This document shows positions 35,973-47,780 of a stretch of 64,000 nucleotides of DNA, piece by piece (the stretch's first letter is position 1; each line of letters opens with the position of its first letter). Made by a program: the position numbers and the translations under genes. The notes under the pieces are model-generated. The model was not told the DNA's origin. It did no database searches and worked only from the letters and a program-made list of their open reading frames with translations. This stretch comes from Mobula hypostoma. Taxonomy: Eukaryota. Location: the NCBI RefSeq assembly GCF_963921235.1, contig NC_086101.1, positions 11,534,001-11,598,000 of the forward strand. The letters run 5' to 3'.

Positions 35973-36551
35973 CTGCAAATATTAATGAGCTGATTAATAT
36001 TAGTTAACTGAACCTCAGTTTATGAGTGTCACTGCCGAATTCAAGTCCAGGAATCAAGGAGAAAAAGAAAATTAAAGATTTATCACAGAAATTAACTAGA
36101 AAGACTACCAAGAGCTCAGGTAAACAATACAGAAACTTGACGAACAGAAATTACTCATGGTACACTGACAGAAGAACTCACCAGACAACGAACCACAACG
36201 ACCCAACAGAGAGAGGTTGGCATGCCCCCCCCCCCCACCCCGAGCAAGTAAGAATTCCGGACATTGAAAATAATATGCCACTTAAATTATCCTAAGTTAA
36301 AGAAAAGTGATAAATACAGTTTAACAATCCTTGCAAAACAAAGTGAAAAACCAGAGCTCGTGCAAAGACAAGCAATTAGATATAAAGGCCAACAATCCGA
36401 GGAAAACGCATACCCACCAGATGACATTAGGGGAAAAACAGAATTCGGATACTAACTGATATATATAAAAAATAAAACGATCGCTGGTTGTGACACGGTA
36501 GGTGGCTATATTATAAACCCGTGCAGAGCGTCAGTAAAGACCATGTCCTAC

Positions 36552-36574
36552 CTCCTCTTCCGACGAGATTCCTC
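36552..36574 (-). CDS. TRIM-B exon 4 (23 nt)
   Basis: tttcAG|EESRRKR(R)|GTagga. Confidence 0.88.
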
Positions 36575-36994
36575 CTGAAATAGATAAAATACAAACCTGA
36601 AACGACTGAGACAGACCGTCCGCGTCCCGACAAGAGGAATTCTACCCAAATTATGATAAGGTGCAGAACATTCCCATTTCCCAAATCTCACTCTCACTGA
36701 CACACACAAATGAAGGAGGATATTGCAGAAAGGACATAGAACCACGGGTGGGGAGGAGGTCGGGGTACAAGGAATGTCATCACAGGTCTCTCTTAACTAA
36801 GAGGTTAAAACTTACAGCAAGGGCTGGATGGTTTGTGCACTTTTGTCTGGATAAGATAAAATTAAAGATCAGATGAACAAACTTAAGATGATCGATGGAT
36901 TGATTGGCGGGGGTTGAGAAGCTATGTCTATATTGTCTTACTATTTTATGTACATAGTAATTAATAATACTGTATTTATATCTATAATAATATA

Positions 36995-37753
36995 TACACT
37001 CAGAATATGCGCTGGTTTCTGCTCTAGTTTATCCACTTCACGATTCAACGTATTGTGTGTTCGGAGATGCTCTTCTCACATCATTGTTGTAACTCGTGGT
37101 TATCTCAGTTACTGTTGCCTTCCCGTCAGCTTGAACACGTTTGGTCATTCTCCTCTGACCTCGCCCATTAAGAAGGCGTTTTCGCCCATGGAACCGCCGC
37201 TCACTTGGTGCTTTTTGTCCCCCTGCGCTATTCTCTGTAGATTCCAGGGGCTATTGTGCGTGAAAATCCTGGGAGATCAGCAGCTGCTGAGATACTTACA
37301 ACAGCCCGGCGAGCACCAGCAATCATCCCACTGTCAAATTCACTCAGACCACATTGCTCCCCATTCTTATCTTTTGGGCTGAACAACAGCTGAACTTCTT
37401 GGCGATGTCTGCATTCTTGTATGCATTGACTTGTCGATACATGATTGGCTGAATAGATATTTGCATCAACGAGCCGGACCAAGTGCACTTAATAAGGAGG
37501 GAAAGTCGACTCAGACCATGAGAGGCCTGCGTCGGGCATTTTCATGCCTTACAAGGCGCCCATTGGAAGTCTGTGTGGGGCGCCACTCGTCCCACAGACT
37601 AGAGTAATGTGTGATTAAGTGCCTTGCTCAAGGGCACAAACACGCTGCCACAGCTGAGACTCGAACTAGAGACCTTGAGATGACTAGACGAACGCCTTAA
37701 CCACTTGGCCACGTGCCCAACACAAATACTTAATAAAGTGGCCACATAATGTA
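36995..37753 (-). mobile_element. Non-autonomous Tc1/mariner element
   Basis: Transposase N-terminus LSEFDSGMIAGARRAVVSISAAADLPGFSRT; TA-flanked ends cactcag / taataaagtggccac. Confidence 0.8.
37496..37727 (-). mobile_element. tRNA-derived CORE-type SINE with 9-bp TSD
   Basis: A box tggccaagtgg, B box gttcgagtc, core gtgcccttgagcaaggcacttaa; TSD acttaataa at 37487-37495 and 37728-37736. Confidence 0.82.
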
Positions 37754-38594
37754 CTGTATATAGAGGTACATAGTATATAGTATATTTAGTAAGGACATCA
37801 AAGTTTACGGGGAGAAGGCGGGAGATTGGGGATGAGAGGGATATACTAAATCAGTTATGATGGAATAGCAGAGTGGACTCGATGGGCTGAATGGCCAAGT
37901 TTGCTTCTATGTCTTGCGGTATTTATGTATTTCACTGTAACGCTGTCGCTAAACAGAAACTTCACAGCATATCTCAGTGATAATAAACCTGATGCTTATT
38001 ACAATTTACACAGGAAAAGATGGAAAACGGAATTTGGATATTTTAATGGGTGCGACGAGTGGGGTCAGAGAAAGTTTGCGTGGAGCAGATGTACCGGATG
38101 GCCTGTCCCTGGTGTAGGAGGGGGTGTTATTCTACGTTGTCTATTTTTGGAAAAGACTGCAAAATTTCCCAAAACTATTAGCTGTGGGAGGAACCCAAAG
38201 TAGATGGTAATCAAGCGCACTCTGGATTTCAGCCTGAGTTCCCACCCCCAGACCCGGTATAAACTGACGCCCACCGCACCACACACACTCACAGGCATTC
38301 CCTGCATCTGGATATTAAAGCGAGTTCCATAGGTACAGTTTACGTGGGTAAAGGAGACACCAAGAAGGTCAGTGTTGAAGTCACTGAAAGTCATTCCCGA
38401 GGAGGCTGCAGGCAGCCGTGGGATTCTACCGACGTTGTGCACCAAAGATTCGTCTTGTGCGCAAAGCAAATCAGCTTTGTCAGACTAAATTCAATTCTGA
38501 ATTCCTGGGGAAAACTACACTTATTGCAGAACTATCACCCAACATTTTATGATTGTGCACTTCCACTGAATTGAATTGAAACGAAATTCCTCAC

Positions 38595-38828
38595 CTTCAG
38601 AAACTGCACGTGATCTTTTTGATCCATCTGTTCCTGTAACCTTGAGATCTCCTCCCGGATAGAATTTAAATTCTTTTGAATCTCTCGAAGATTTTTCTCC
38701 ATTGGATTTAGAATCCTCGCTTCTTCTTCCCTGAGACCTCTGAGTAGCTGCTGTTCTTTCTCGGTGAGAATCTGATGCAGTTCAGCAAACTGTGATGTGA
38801 TGTGGGACTGAAGGCTGTGTGACTGTTC
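38595..38828 (-). CDS. TRIM-B exon 3 (234 nt, coiled-coil)
   Basis: gacAG|EQSHSLQSHITSQFAELHQILTEKEQQLL...VQFLK|GTgagg. Confidence 0.92.
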
Positions 38829-38949
38829 CTGTCAAACGAACGGTGAAGATTAAGATGCAGTAAGTGTTGTATGATATTGCCTTGCAAAATTAAAGGATGC
38901 CATTGAGTCCAAAAAGTCTATGCCGGACTTTCGGAGTATGCTTTCGGGG

Positions 38950-39270
38950 TAGGCTCCAACCTGACGACATGAACGTCCATTTCTCTAATTTCACACCTGC
39001 CCTCCACTCTTTTCCTGTCACTGTTGTGGCTCCCACCTGACCACTTCTCTTCTCCTCACCTGCCTGTGGTGCTCCTCCTCTTTTCCTTTCCCCTATGGTC
39101 CTCTCTCTTTTCCTCAGCTGCTTTCACATACCAATTGCCAGCTTGTACTCCTTCCCCTCACACGCCTTTTTATTCTGCCTTCTGCCCGTTCCTTTCCAGT
39201 CCTGATGAACAGTCTCAGTCTGAAACCATTGATGTTCTCTGACCCGCTGAGTTCGGCATTTCTGTTTGCG
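38950..39270 (+). mobile_element. Penelope-like 3' end with hammerhead core
   Basis: LQPDDMNVHFSNF, pyrimidine-rich UTR, CTGATGA at 39202-39208, GAAA at 39222-39225. Confidence 0.7.
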
Positions 39271-39506
39271 CTGGCACCCCTCACCTACTTCTCTTTGACT
39301 TTGGGATGCAGAGGAAAGGCAGGCAGTCACGGGAGAAACGTAGTGAGTGATGTCACGCCGGAACCCCCAGGGATCAGGGTCGAGCCCCCACGTGTTGGAG
39401 CTATGAGTCAGCAGCGCTCCCTGCTGCGTCATTGTGCCGCCCTCTAGTTACAGACATTACAGGAAAGCATCCACCCAAGAGCAGAAAATATGAACTGCAG
39501 TCTCAC

Positions 39507-39602
39507 CCAAATTCCAGACATTTTTTGTTTCTGTTGCTGCTCCATTTTTTCGATGATTTGTTGCCTTCTCATAAGACTTTGTAAGGCAGATTTAACTGTC
39601 TC
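39507..39602 (-). CDS. TRIM-B exon 2 (96 nt)
   Basis: cccAG|ETVKSALQSLMRRQQIIEKMEQQQKQKMSGIW|GTgaga. Confidence 0.9.
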
Positions 39603-39684
39603 CTGGGATTGGGTTTGAGAATGAGAAAGTTAGATGACAATAACGTAACAAAACCGCCAGGTGAACAAAATCTGTTTGTTTTAC

Positions 39685-40096
39685 CTTGTAGTTTTCAACA
39701 GCATCTTTAATCGGCAGGAAACGGTGTTTTTTTGTGTTCCCGGGAAACTGTACAGATCACACAGATCAACGTCTTGTCCGTTTCGCAGAACAGCTTCAGT
39801 TCTTCATCATGTTCCTCGCAGTGAAGTTTACTTTCTTTCTCATTAGAATTCAAACGTCGTTTACGACTTTTCTCAGATAGTTTTCTTAAGGCCCAGTTTA
39901 TCCTGAGGGTCCGGTCCGCAAAATCCTCTCTACACTCCGGGCAGGAGTTTCTCTCCTTCCTCTCCCAAATCCGTGTGATACACGAGCGGCAGAAATTGTG
40001 CTGACACGGCAGTGACACCGGATCGGTGAAACGATGCAAGCAGATGGGGCAAGTTACCTTCCCGGTCCAACTTTCGACCTGCGCCTTTGAAGCCAT
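39685..40096 (-). CDS. TRIM-B exon 1, RING + B-box (412 nt, +1 frameshift)
   Basis: MASKAQVESW...CPIC...CQHNFCRSC...CPEC...CEEH...CVIC...HKK, then HRFLPIKDAVENYK|GTaaaa in the shifted frame. Confidence 0.9.
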
Positions 40097-40114
40097 TTCT
40101 AATACTGTAGTCCG

Positions 40115-40199
40115 CACTTCCTGATCCAGAATTCGTTTACGTTCGGCAGCTGCTGAACTCCTGCGGTACTGCGACTATCCACGGCAGGCGCTGCAGTCT
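40115..40199 (-). promoter_or_regulatory. Putative proximal promoter/5' UTR motifs of TRIM-B
   Basis: CAGGAAGTG (40115-40123) and gcgctgcagtct (40188-40199), shared with TRIM-A. Confidence 0.42.
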
Positions 40200-40824
40200 A
40201 CTTCGCTGCAGGCGTTCGGGGTGAAGCTACCCCGGCCATTCTTGACTAATCTAAGGGAGGAGATAAGAACGCAAGAAATCAGGAGCAGAAGTAGGCAACT
40301 GTCCCTCCATTAACTATGTTGCTGTCTGATCTACGGCTGGCCTCATCTTCGGTTCTGTATCACAGTTGCTCGTCCTTTCAAATATATTTCTACCTTCATG
40401 CAGAGCACATAATTACACAGTGCATTGAGTTAATATATTATTTTGCTACAGTAAATAGATGTAGAGTATTTTCGAACTGGGGAGTGAAATCACTAACTGG
40501 AGGTGTTAGTGGACTTGGAAGTCCAAGTGCAAGATTCCCTAAAGGTTAACTTGCAGGTTAAGTAAGGTGGCAGATGCAATGTTAGTATTCAGTTCGAGAG
40601 TTCTAGCAATAAATCAAGCATGTTATGCAGAGGCATTTTGAGGCATTGGACAGGCGGCATTTGGAACACCGTGGGAAGTTTTATAGAACATGGAACAATA
40701 CTGCAGACACAAGCTCTTAGGACCACGAAATTGTGCCGATCTTTTAATCTACTCTAAGTTCAATCCAACCCTTCCCCTCTGTTTTTCCATTATCCATGTG
40801 CCTCTCTAAGTATCTGTTAATTTG

Positions 40825-41633
40825 AAACATTCAAATTACATTTATTATCAAGGTATGCATGCAGTTTTCAATCTTGAGATCCGTCTTCCCCACAGACAGC
40901 CATGAAATAAAGAACAACCATGGAACCCATTCAGAGAGAAGAAAACATCAACGCCCGCTCCCACACAGAATCGTGCAAACAGCAAAATCAAAACGGGCGT
41001 AATCACAGAATATAAAACACAAAATCGAAGGAGTCCATATTCAGTTCAGCTCAGTGTTCGGTATCTGCAGGCCCAAAATAGTAACAAAAAAGAGCGCTCA
41101 GAAACCAGAAACACATCACAACATGAACAACAGAGTCTAATCCGCAAGCCGCAGACCCAGAGCTTCGGGAGCATCGAGGGAGAGAGACCATTCGAACGCA
41201 GGGACAATCCTTCTGGAGCAGCAAGCCAGAAGGAGAGGGAGACCAGCACACACAGATACCTTTCTCCAGCAGCAGTGAGCCAGAGGCTGGTAAACGGCGC
41301 GGAACACCAGCTCGCCTTCCACACCCGTCTCACGATTTCAATCTTCTTTGGCGTATTTGATCAGCAAGAAATAGAGTCGATCTTGGGTTCGAGCCCGGTC
41401 ACCAAGCTTCTTGGCTCGAGGACGCTCAAAGCTTCACGGAACCCTCTCTGATACAGCAAACTGCCAGATCGCTCAATTGACCTGAAAGCACACCATCAAA
41501 ATGTAGACTAAAGGCTCCAACAGTAGCAGAACCATATTTGAAACAAAAAAGACGTTCAAAAGGTGAAAGAAGTATGTTCGTGAATTGTCTGGAGGATGTC
41601 TCCCTTGTTCACATGTTCGCTGGCGCCATCTTC
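40825..41633 (-). mobile_element. Non-autonomous Rex-tailed element
   Basis: Minus strand starts aagatggcgcc (YY1-like) and ends in a Rex-type tail (ttgataataaatgtaatttga); interrupts a CR1 3' remnant. Confidence 0.5.
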
Positions 41634-41719
41634 TTAATGTATCTGCCCCAGCTGTATCCAAGAGGGTTTCCGTGAAGCTTCATGCGGCCTCGAGCCAAGA
41701 AGCTTGGTGAATCTGAACT

Positions 41720-44497
41720 TGGTTTCTGGATGCGTCCACAGTGTCCTGAAAAGGGAGGGTCAGCAGCCAGATGTTGTGGTACATATTGGTATCAGTGACA
41801 TAGGAAGAAAAAGGGAGGAAGTTCTGAAAAAAGAATACACGGAGTTAGGAAGGAAGTTGAGAAGCAATACCTCAAAGGTCGTAATCTCGGGATTGCTGTC
41901 TGTGCCATGCGACAGTGAGGTTAGGAATAGATTGAGGTAGCAGATAAATGCGAAGCTGAAGAATTAGAGCAGGGTATAGGGATACAGATTTCTGGATAAT
42001 TGGGACCTCTTCAGGCACAGGTGGGACTTGTACAAAAGGGATGGATTGCAGTTGAATCCAAGGGGGACCAATATTCTTGCAGCCAGGTTTAGTGGAGCTG
42101 TTGAGAGTGGTTTAAACTAATATGGCAGGGGGTTGAGAACCAGTATGATAAAGCTGAGGACAAGCCAGCTACTTTACAAGTAGATGATGGATGTAGGGAA
42201 GGACAAGCCAATGACTGGCTACAAATGCAGACAGAGCAAAGAGTTAAATTGTACCACACAGGCAAAATTCAAAAGGGCGAAGAATGTAGGACTGAAGGTG
42301 CTGTATTTAAATGCATGCAGCATTCGGAATTAGGTGGACAAACTCGAGGCACAATTAGAGATTGGTCATCACTGATTCGTGGCTGAAAGAATGCCATAGT
42401 TGGGGGCTTAAGATCAAAGGATATACTTTGTAGTGAAAGGACAGGGAGGAAGGCATGGGCAGTGGAGTGGCTCTGTTGGTAAGAGATGGAATTATATCTT
42501 TAGAAATTGCTAGGGAAAAATCATATATAGGCTTCCAAATAGTAGCAAAGATGTGGGGTTAAGATTGCAAAGGAGGTTGGGAAAGCAACGTAGTAAGGGT
42601 TATGACACAATTGTAATGGGGACTTCAGTATGCAAGGGGATGGGGAAAATCGGGTTGGTTTTAGATCGCAAGAGAGGAAATTTGTTTAATGCCTACGAGA
42701 TGTCTTTTTAGAGCAGCTTGTGCTTGAGCCTTCTCGGGGAAAGACGATCTTTGATTGAGTGTTATGTAATAACACAGATCTTATTAGGGAACAGAACATA
42801 AAGGAAGCCTTAGGTGGTAGTGATCATAATGATTGAATTCATACTGAAATTTGAGAGGGAGAAGCATAACTCACATGTATCAATATGGCAATGCAATAAA
42901 GGGAATTACAGAGGCATGAGAGAGGAGCTTACCCAGATGGTTTGGAGGAGGATGCTGGTGGGAACGACGGCAGAGCAGAAATAGTTGAAGTTTCTAGGAA
43001 TAGTTCACAAGACACAGGAGAGGTATGTCTTACAGAGGAAGAAGTTCTCAAATGGCAGGGGTAGGCAACCGTGCCTGACAAAGAAAGTTAGGATTGCATA
43101 AAAGCCTAGGAAAGGACATATAAGGTAGCAAAGGTGAGTGGGAAGTTGGATGATTGGGAAGCTTTTTAAACCCAACAAAAGAACAAAAGGCAACTAAAAA
43201 AAGCAGTAAGGGGAAAGATGAAATATGAGGGTAGACAAGCCAATAATATAAAGCATGACGCCAAAAGTATTTTCAGTTATATAAAGAGTAAAAGGGAGGT
43301 GAGAGGTGACATTGGAAAATGATGCTGATGAGGCAGTAATAGGGGACAGAGAAATGGCAGATGAACTTAATGGGTTCTTTGCATCTGTCTTCGCTATGGA
43401 AGATGCTTGTAGTGTGCTAGAGGTCTGTGAATGTCAGGAAGCAGGAGAGAGTGCCATTGCTATTACAAAGGAAAAAGTGCTAGGAAACTGTAAGGTCTTA
43501 AGATGCTTAAGTCACCTGGACTGGATGTAATATATCACAGAATCCTGAAAGAGGTTGCTGAAGAGGTAATGGGTGTATTGGTCATGATCTTTCAAGAATC
43601 AACTGATTCTGGCATAGTCCCGGAGGACTGGAAGACTGAAAAATGAAATTCCACTCTTTAAGAGGGAGGAAGGGAAAAGAAAGGAAATTATAGGCCAGTT
43701 AGCCTAACCTCAGTGGTTGGAAAAGTGTTGGAGTCCATTTTTAAGGATGAGGCTTCAGGGTACTTAGAGACTGATGATAAAATAAGTCCAAGTCAGCATG
43801 GTTTCTGTGAAGGGAAATCTTGGGTGTCATTTACTTGGAATTTCAGAAAGTGTTTGATAAGGTACTACAGATGAGGCTGCTTAACAAGATAAAATTTGGT
43901 GGCATTACAGGAAACATACTGGCATGGATAGAGGAATGGCTGACAGGCAGGAGGCAGCAAAAGGGAATAAGAGGGGCCTTTTCTGCTTGGCTGTCGGTGA
44001 CTAGTGGTGTTCCTTCGGGATCAGTATTGGGACTGCTACTTTTCACATTGTTTGTCAACGATTCAGATAATGGAATTGATGAGTTTGTGGCAAAGTTTGC
44101 GGTAGGTACCACTGAGGAAGCAATGCAATTGCAGGACTTAGACAAATTGGAAGAATGGGCAAAGAAGTGGCAGATAGAATACAGTGGTGGGAAATGTGTG
44201 ATAATGCATTTTGGTAAAAGGAACAATAGTGCAGACTATTATCTAAATGGGGAGAAGATTCCAACATCAGAGGTGCAGAGGGACTTAGGAGTCCTCGTGC
44301 AAGACTCCCAGAAGGTTAATTTACAGGTTGGGTCTGTGGTAAAGATGGCAAATGTTGGAATTTATTTCAAGCAGAATAAAATATAAAAACAAAGAGATCA
44401 TTCTGAGCCTTTAAAAGACACTAGTTAAATTGCACTTGGAGTATCGTCAACAGTTTTGGGCCCCATATCTCAGAGAGGAGATTCATGAGGATGACTC
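41720..44497 (+). mobile_element. Old CR1 (ORF1 3' half and decayed ORF2; 3' end resumes at about 47781-48190)
   Basis: PDVVVHIG...LGRKLRSNTSKVVISGLL; VLYLNACSI; IYLEFQKVFDKV. Confidence 0.88.
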
Positions 44498-47400
44498 CGA
44501 GCTTGGTAGGAAGTTGAAAAGCAGGACCTCAAGGGTGGTAATCTCAGGATTGCTACCTGTGCTAGGTGCCAGTGAGGGTAGGAATAGGATGCTCTGGAGG
44601 AGGAACAAGTGGCTGAGGAACTGATGTAGGGGGCAGGGTTTCAGATTTCAGGATCATTGGGACCTCTTCTGGGGCAGGTGGGACCTGTACAAGAGAGACG
44701 GGTTACACTTGAACCACAGGGGGACCAATATCCTTTCAGGGAGGTTTGTTAGTGCTATTGGGGAGGCTTTAAACTAGATTTGCAGGGGGATGGGAACCAG
44801 AGTGCCAGAGCTGACAGTGTGGCTGGGGTGAAAATAAATGATATTGAAAGTTTAAGCAAATCCGCAAATAGAAAGGTTGTGAGTGGTGGTAAAAATCTTC
44901 TGAGGTGTATATATTTTAATGCTAGGAGTATTGCGGGGAAGGCGGATGAGTTGAGGACGTGGATTGACACGTGGAATTATGATGTTGTAGCAATTAGTGA
45001 AACTTGGCTACAGGAGGGGCAGGACTGGCAGCTTAATATTCCAGGGTTCCGATGTTTCAGATGTGATCGAGGCAGAGGAATGAAAGGTGGGGGAGTAGCA
45101 TTGCTTGTTAGGGAAAATATTACAGCAGTGTTCAGGCAGGACAGATTAGAGGGCTTGTCTACAGAGTCCTTATCGGTGGAGCTGAAAAACAGGAAAGGTA
45201 TGGCCACATTAGTGGGATTGTATTACAGACCACCCAATAGTCAACGAGACTTGAAAGAGCAAATCTGTAGAGAGATAGCAGGCAACTGCAGGAAACATAA
45301 AGTTGTGGTGCTAGGGGATTTTAATTTTCCATACATTGATTGGGACTCCCATACTGTTAGGGGTCTAGATGGTTTAGAGTTTGTAAAATGTGTTCAGGAA
45401 AGTTTTCTAAATCAGTATATAGAGGGATCAACTAGAGGGGATGCAATATTGGATCTCCTGTTAGGAAACGAATTAGGGCAAGTGACAGAAGTCTGTGTAG
45501 GGGAGCACTTTGGTTCCAGTGATCACAACACCATTAGTTTCAATTTGATCATGGACAAGGATAGATCTGGTCCTAGGGTTGAGGTTCTGAACTGGAAGAA
45601 GGCCAAATTTGAAGAAATGAGAAAGGATCTAAAAAGCGTGGATTGGGACAGGTTGTTCTCTGACAAAGATATGATTGGTAGGTGGGAAGCCTTCAAAGGG
45701 GAAATTTTGAGAGTGCAGAGTTTGTATGTTCCTGTCAGGATTAAAGGCAAATTGAATAGGAATAAGGAACCCTGGTTCTCAAGGGATATTGCAACTCTGA
45801 TAAAGAAGAAGATAGAGTTGTATGAAATGTATAGGAAACAGGGGGTAAATCAGGTGCTTGAGGAGTATAAGAAGTGCAAGAAAATACTTAAGAAAGAAAT
45901 CAGGAGGACAAAAAGAAGACATGAGGTTGCCTTGGCAGTCAAAGTGAAGGATAATCCAAAGAGTTTTTACAAGTATATTAAGAGCAAAAGGATTTGTAGG
46001 GATAAAATTGGTCCTCTTGAAGATCAGAGTGGTCGACTTTGTGCGGAACCAAAGGAAATGGGGGAGATCTTAAACAGGTTTTTTGCGTCTGTATTTACTA
46101 AGGAAGCTGGCATGAAATCTATGGAATTGAGGGAATCAAGTTGTGAGACCATGGAAACTGTACAGATTGAAAAGAAGGAGGTGCTTGCTGTCTTGAGGAA
46201 AATTAAAGTGGATAAATCCCCGGGACCTGACAGAGTGTTCCCTCGGACCTTGAAGGAGACTAGTGTTGAAATTGCGGGGGCCCTGGCAGAAATATTTAAA
46301 ATGTCACTGTCTACGGGTGAAGTGCCGGAGGACTGGAGAGTGGCTCATGTTGTTCTGTTGTTTAAAAAAGGATCGAAAAGTAATCTGGGAAATTATAGGC
46401 CGGTGAGTTTAACGTCAGTAGTAGGTAAGTTATTGGAGGGATTACTAAGAGACAGAATCTACAAGCATTTGGATAGACAGGGGCTTATTAGGGAGAGTCA
46501 ACATGGCTTTGTGCATGGTAGGTCATGTTTGACCAATCTGTTGGAGTTTTTCGAGGAGGTTACCAGGAAAGTGGATGAAGGGAAGGCAGTGGATATTGTC
46601 TACATGGACTTCAGTAAGGCCTTTGACAAGGTCCCGCATGGGAGGTTAGTTAGGAAAATTCAGTCACTAGGTATACATGGAGAGGTGGTAAATTGGATTA
46701 GACATTGGCTCGATGGAAGAAGTCAGAGAGTGGTGGTAGAGAATTGCTTCTCTGAGTGGACGCCTGTGACTAGTGGTGTGCCACAGGGATCAGTGCTGGG
46801 TCCATTGTTATTTGTCATCTATATCAATGATCTGGATGATAATGTGGTAAATTGGATCAGCAAGTTTGCTGATGATACAAAGATTGGAGGTGTAGTAGAC
46901 AGTGAGGAAGGTTTTCAGAGCCTGCAGAGGGACTTAGACCAGCTGGAAAAATGGGCTGAAAAATGGCAGATGGAGTTTAATACTGACAAGTGTGAGGTAT
47001 TGCATGTTGGAAGGACAAACCAACGTAGAACATACAGGGTTAATGGTAAGGCACTGAGGAGTGCAGTGGAACAGAGGGATCTGGGAATACAGATACAAAA
47101 TTCCCTAAAAGTGGCGTCACAGGTAGATAAGGTCGTAAAGAGAGCTTTTGGTACAGTGGCCTTTATTAATCAAAGTATTGAGTATAAGAGCTGGAATGTT
47201 ATGATGAGGTTGTATAAGGCATTGGTGAGGCCGAATCTGGAGTATTGTGTTCAGTTCTGGTCACCAAATTACAGGAAGGATATAAATAAGGTTGAAAGAG
47301 TGCAGAGAAGGTTTACAAGGATTTTGCCGGGACTTGAGAAACTCAGTTACAGAGAAAGGTGGAATAGGTTAGGACTTTATTCCCTGGAGCGTAGAAGAAT

Positions 47401-47780
47401 GAGGGGAGATTTGATAGAGGTATATAAAATTATGATGGGTATAGAAAGAGTGAATGCAAGCAGGCTTTTTCCACTGAGGCAAAGGAAGGAAAAAAAACAG
47501 AGGACATGGGTTAAGGGTGAGGGGGAAAAAGTTTAAAGGGAACATTAGGCGGGGCTTCTTCACACAGAGAGTGGTGGGAGTATGGAATGAACTGCCAGAC
47601 CAGGTGGTATATGCGGGTTCTTTTTTAACATTTAAGAATAAATTGGACAGATACATGGATGGGAGGTATGGTCCGTGTGCAGGTCAGTGGGACTAGGCTG
47701 AAAATGGTTCAGCACAGCCAAGAAGGGCCAAAAGGCCTGTTTCTGTGCTGTAGTTTCTATGGTATGGTTCTATGGTTCTA
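44498..47780 (+). mobile_element. Young CR1 LINE (ORF1 3' end, ORF2, 3' UTR) nested in an older CR1
   Basis: ORF1 tail ...DGLHLNHRGTNILSGRFVSAIGEALN*; long ORF2; (ttctatgg) tail. Confidence 0.95.
44780..47536 (+). CDS. CR1 ORF2: APE endonuclease + reverse transcriptase (918 aa open; frameshift near C-terminus)
   Basis: YFNARS, ISETW, YRPP, GDFN, SDH, NYRPVSLTS, KAFDKV, GVPQGSVLGP, FADD; no ATG before codon 101. Confidence 0.92.
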   Translation: MQGDGNQSARADSVAGVKINDIESLSKSANRKVVSGGKNLLRCIYFNARSIAGKADELRTWIDTWNYDVVAISETWLQEGQDWQLNIPGFRCFRCDRGRGMKGGGVALLVRENITAVFRQDRLEGLSTESLSVELKNRKGMATLVGLYYRPPNSQRDLKEQICREIAGNCRKHKVVVLGDFNFPYIDWDSHTVRGLDGLEFVKCVQESFLNQYIEGSTRGDAILDLLLGNELGQVTEVCVGEHFGSSDHNTISFNLIMDKDRSGPRVEVLNWKKAKFEEMRKDLKSVDWDRLFSDKDMIGRWEAFKGEILRVQSLYVPVRIKGKLNRNKEPWFSRDIATLIKKKIELYEMYRKQGVNQVLEEYKKCKKILKKEIRRTKRRHEVALAVKVKDNPKSFYKYIKSKRICRDKIGPLEDQSGRLCAEPKEMGEILNRFFASVFTKEAGMKSMELRESSCETMETVQIEKKEVLAVLRKIKVDKSPGPDRVFPRTLKETSVEIAGALAEIFKMSLSTGEVPEDWRVAHVVLLFKKGSKSNLGNYRPVSLTSVVGKLLEGLLRDRIYKHLDRQGLIRESQHGFVHGRSCLTNLLEFFEEVTRKVDEGKAVDIVYMDFSKAFDKVPHGRLVRKIQSLGIHGEVVNWIRHWLDGRSQRVVVENCFSEWTPVTSGVPQGSVLGPLLFVIYINDLDDNVVNWISKFADDTKIGGVVDSEEGFQSLQRDLDQLEKWAEKWQMEFNTDKCEVLHVGRTNQRRTYRVNGKALRSAVEQRDLGIQIQNSLKVASQVDKVVKRAFGTVAFINQSIEYKSWNVMMRLYKALVRPNLEYCVQFWSPNYRKDINKVERVQRRFTRILPGLEKLSYRERWNRLGLYSLERRRMRGDLIEVYKIMMGIERVNASRLFPLRQRKEKKQRTWVKGEGEKV

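Larger units (their letters stand above)
34567..40096 (-). pseudogene. TRIM-B (RING-Bbox-CC-PRY-SPRY), frameshifted as given: young pseudogene or homopolymer error
   Basis: join(40096-39685, 39602-39507, 38828-38595, 36574-36552, 35972-35857, 35096-34567); all introns GT-AG. Removing one base at 39727-39733 gives a 469-aa ORF. Confidence 0.75.

Noticed and set aside
37645..37720. tRNA gene
   Set aside because: The A and B boxes are the head of a SINE with core, tail and TSD.
39432..39450. CTCF-like TAACTAGAGGGCGG
   Set aside because: Created at a SINE boundary; weak 5' half.
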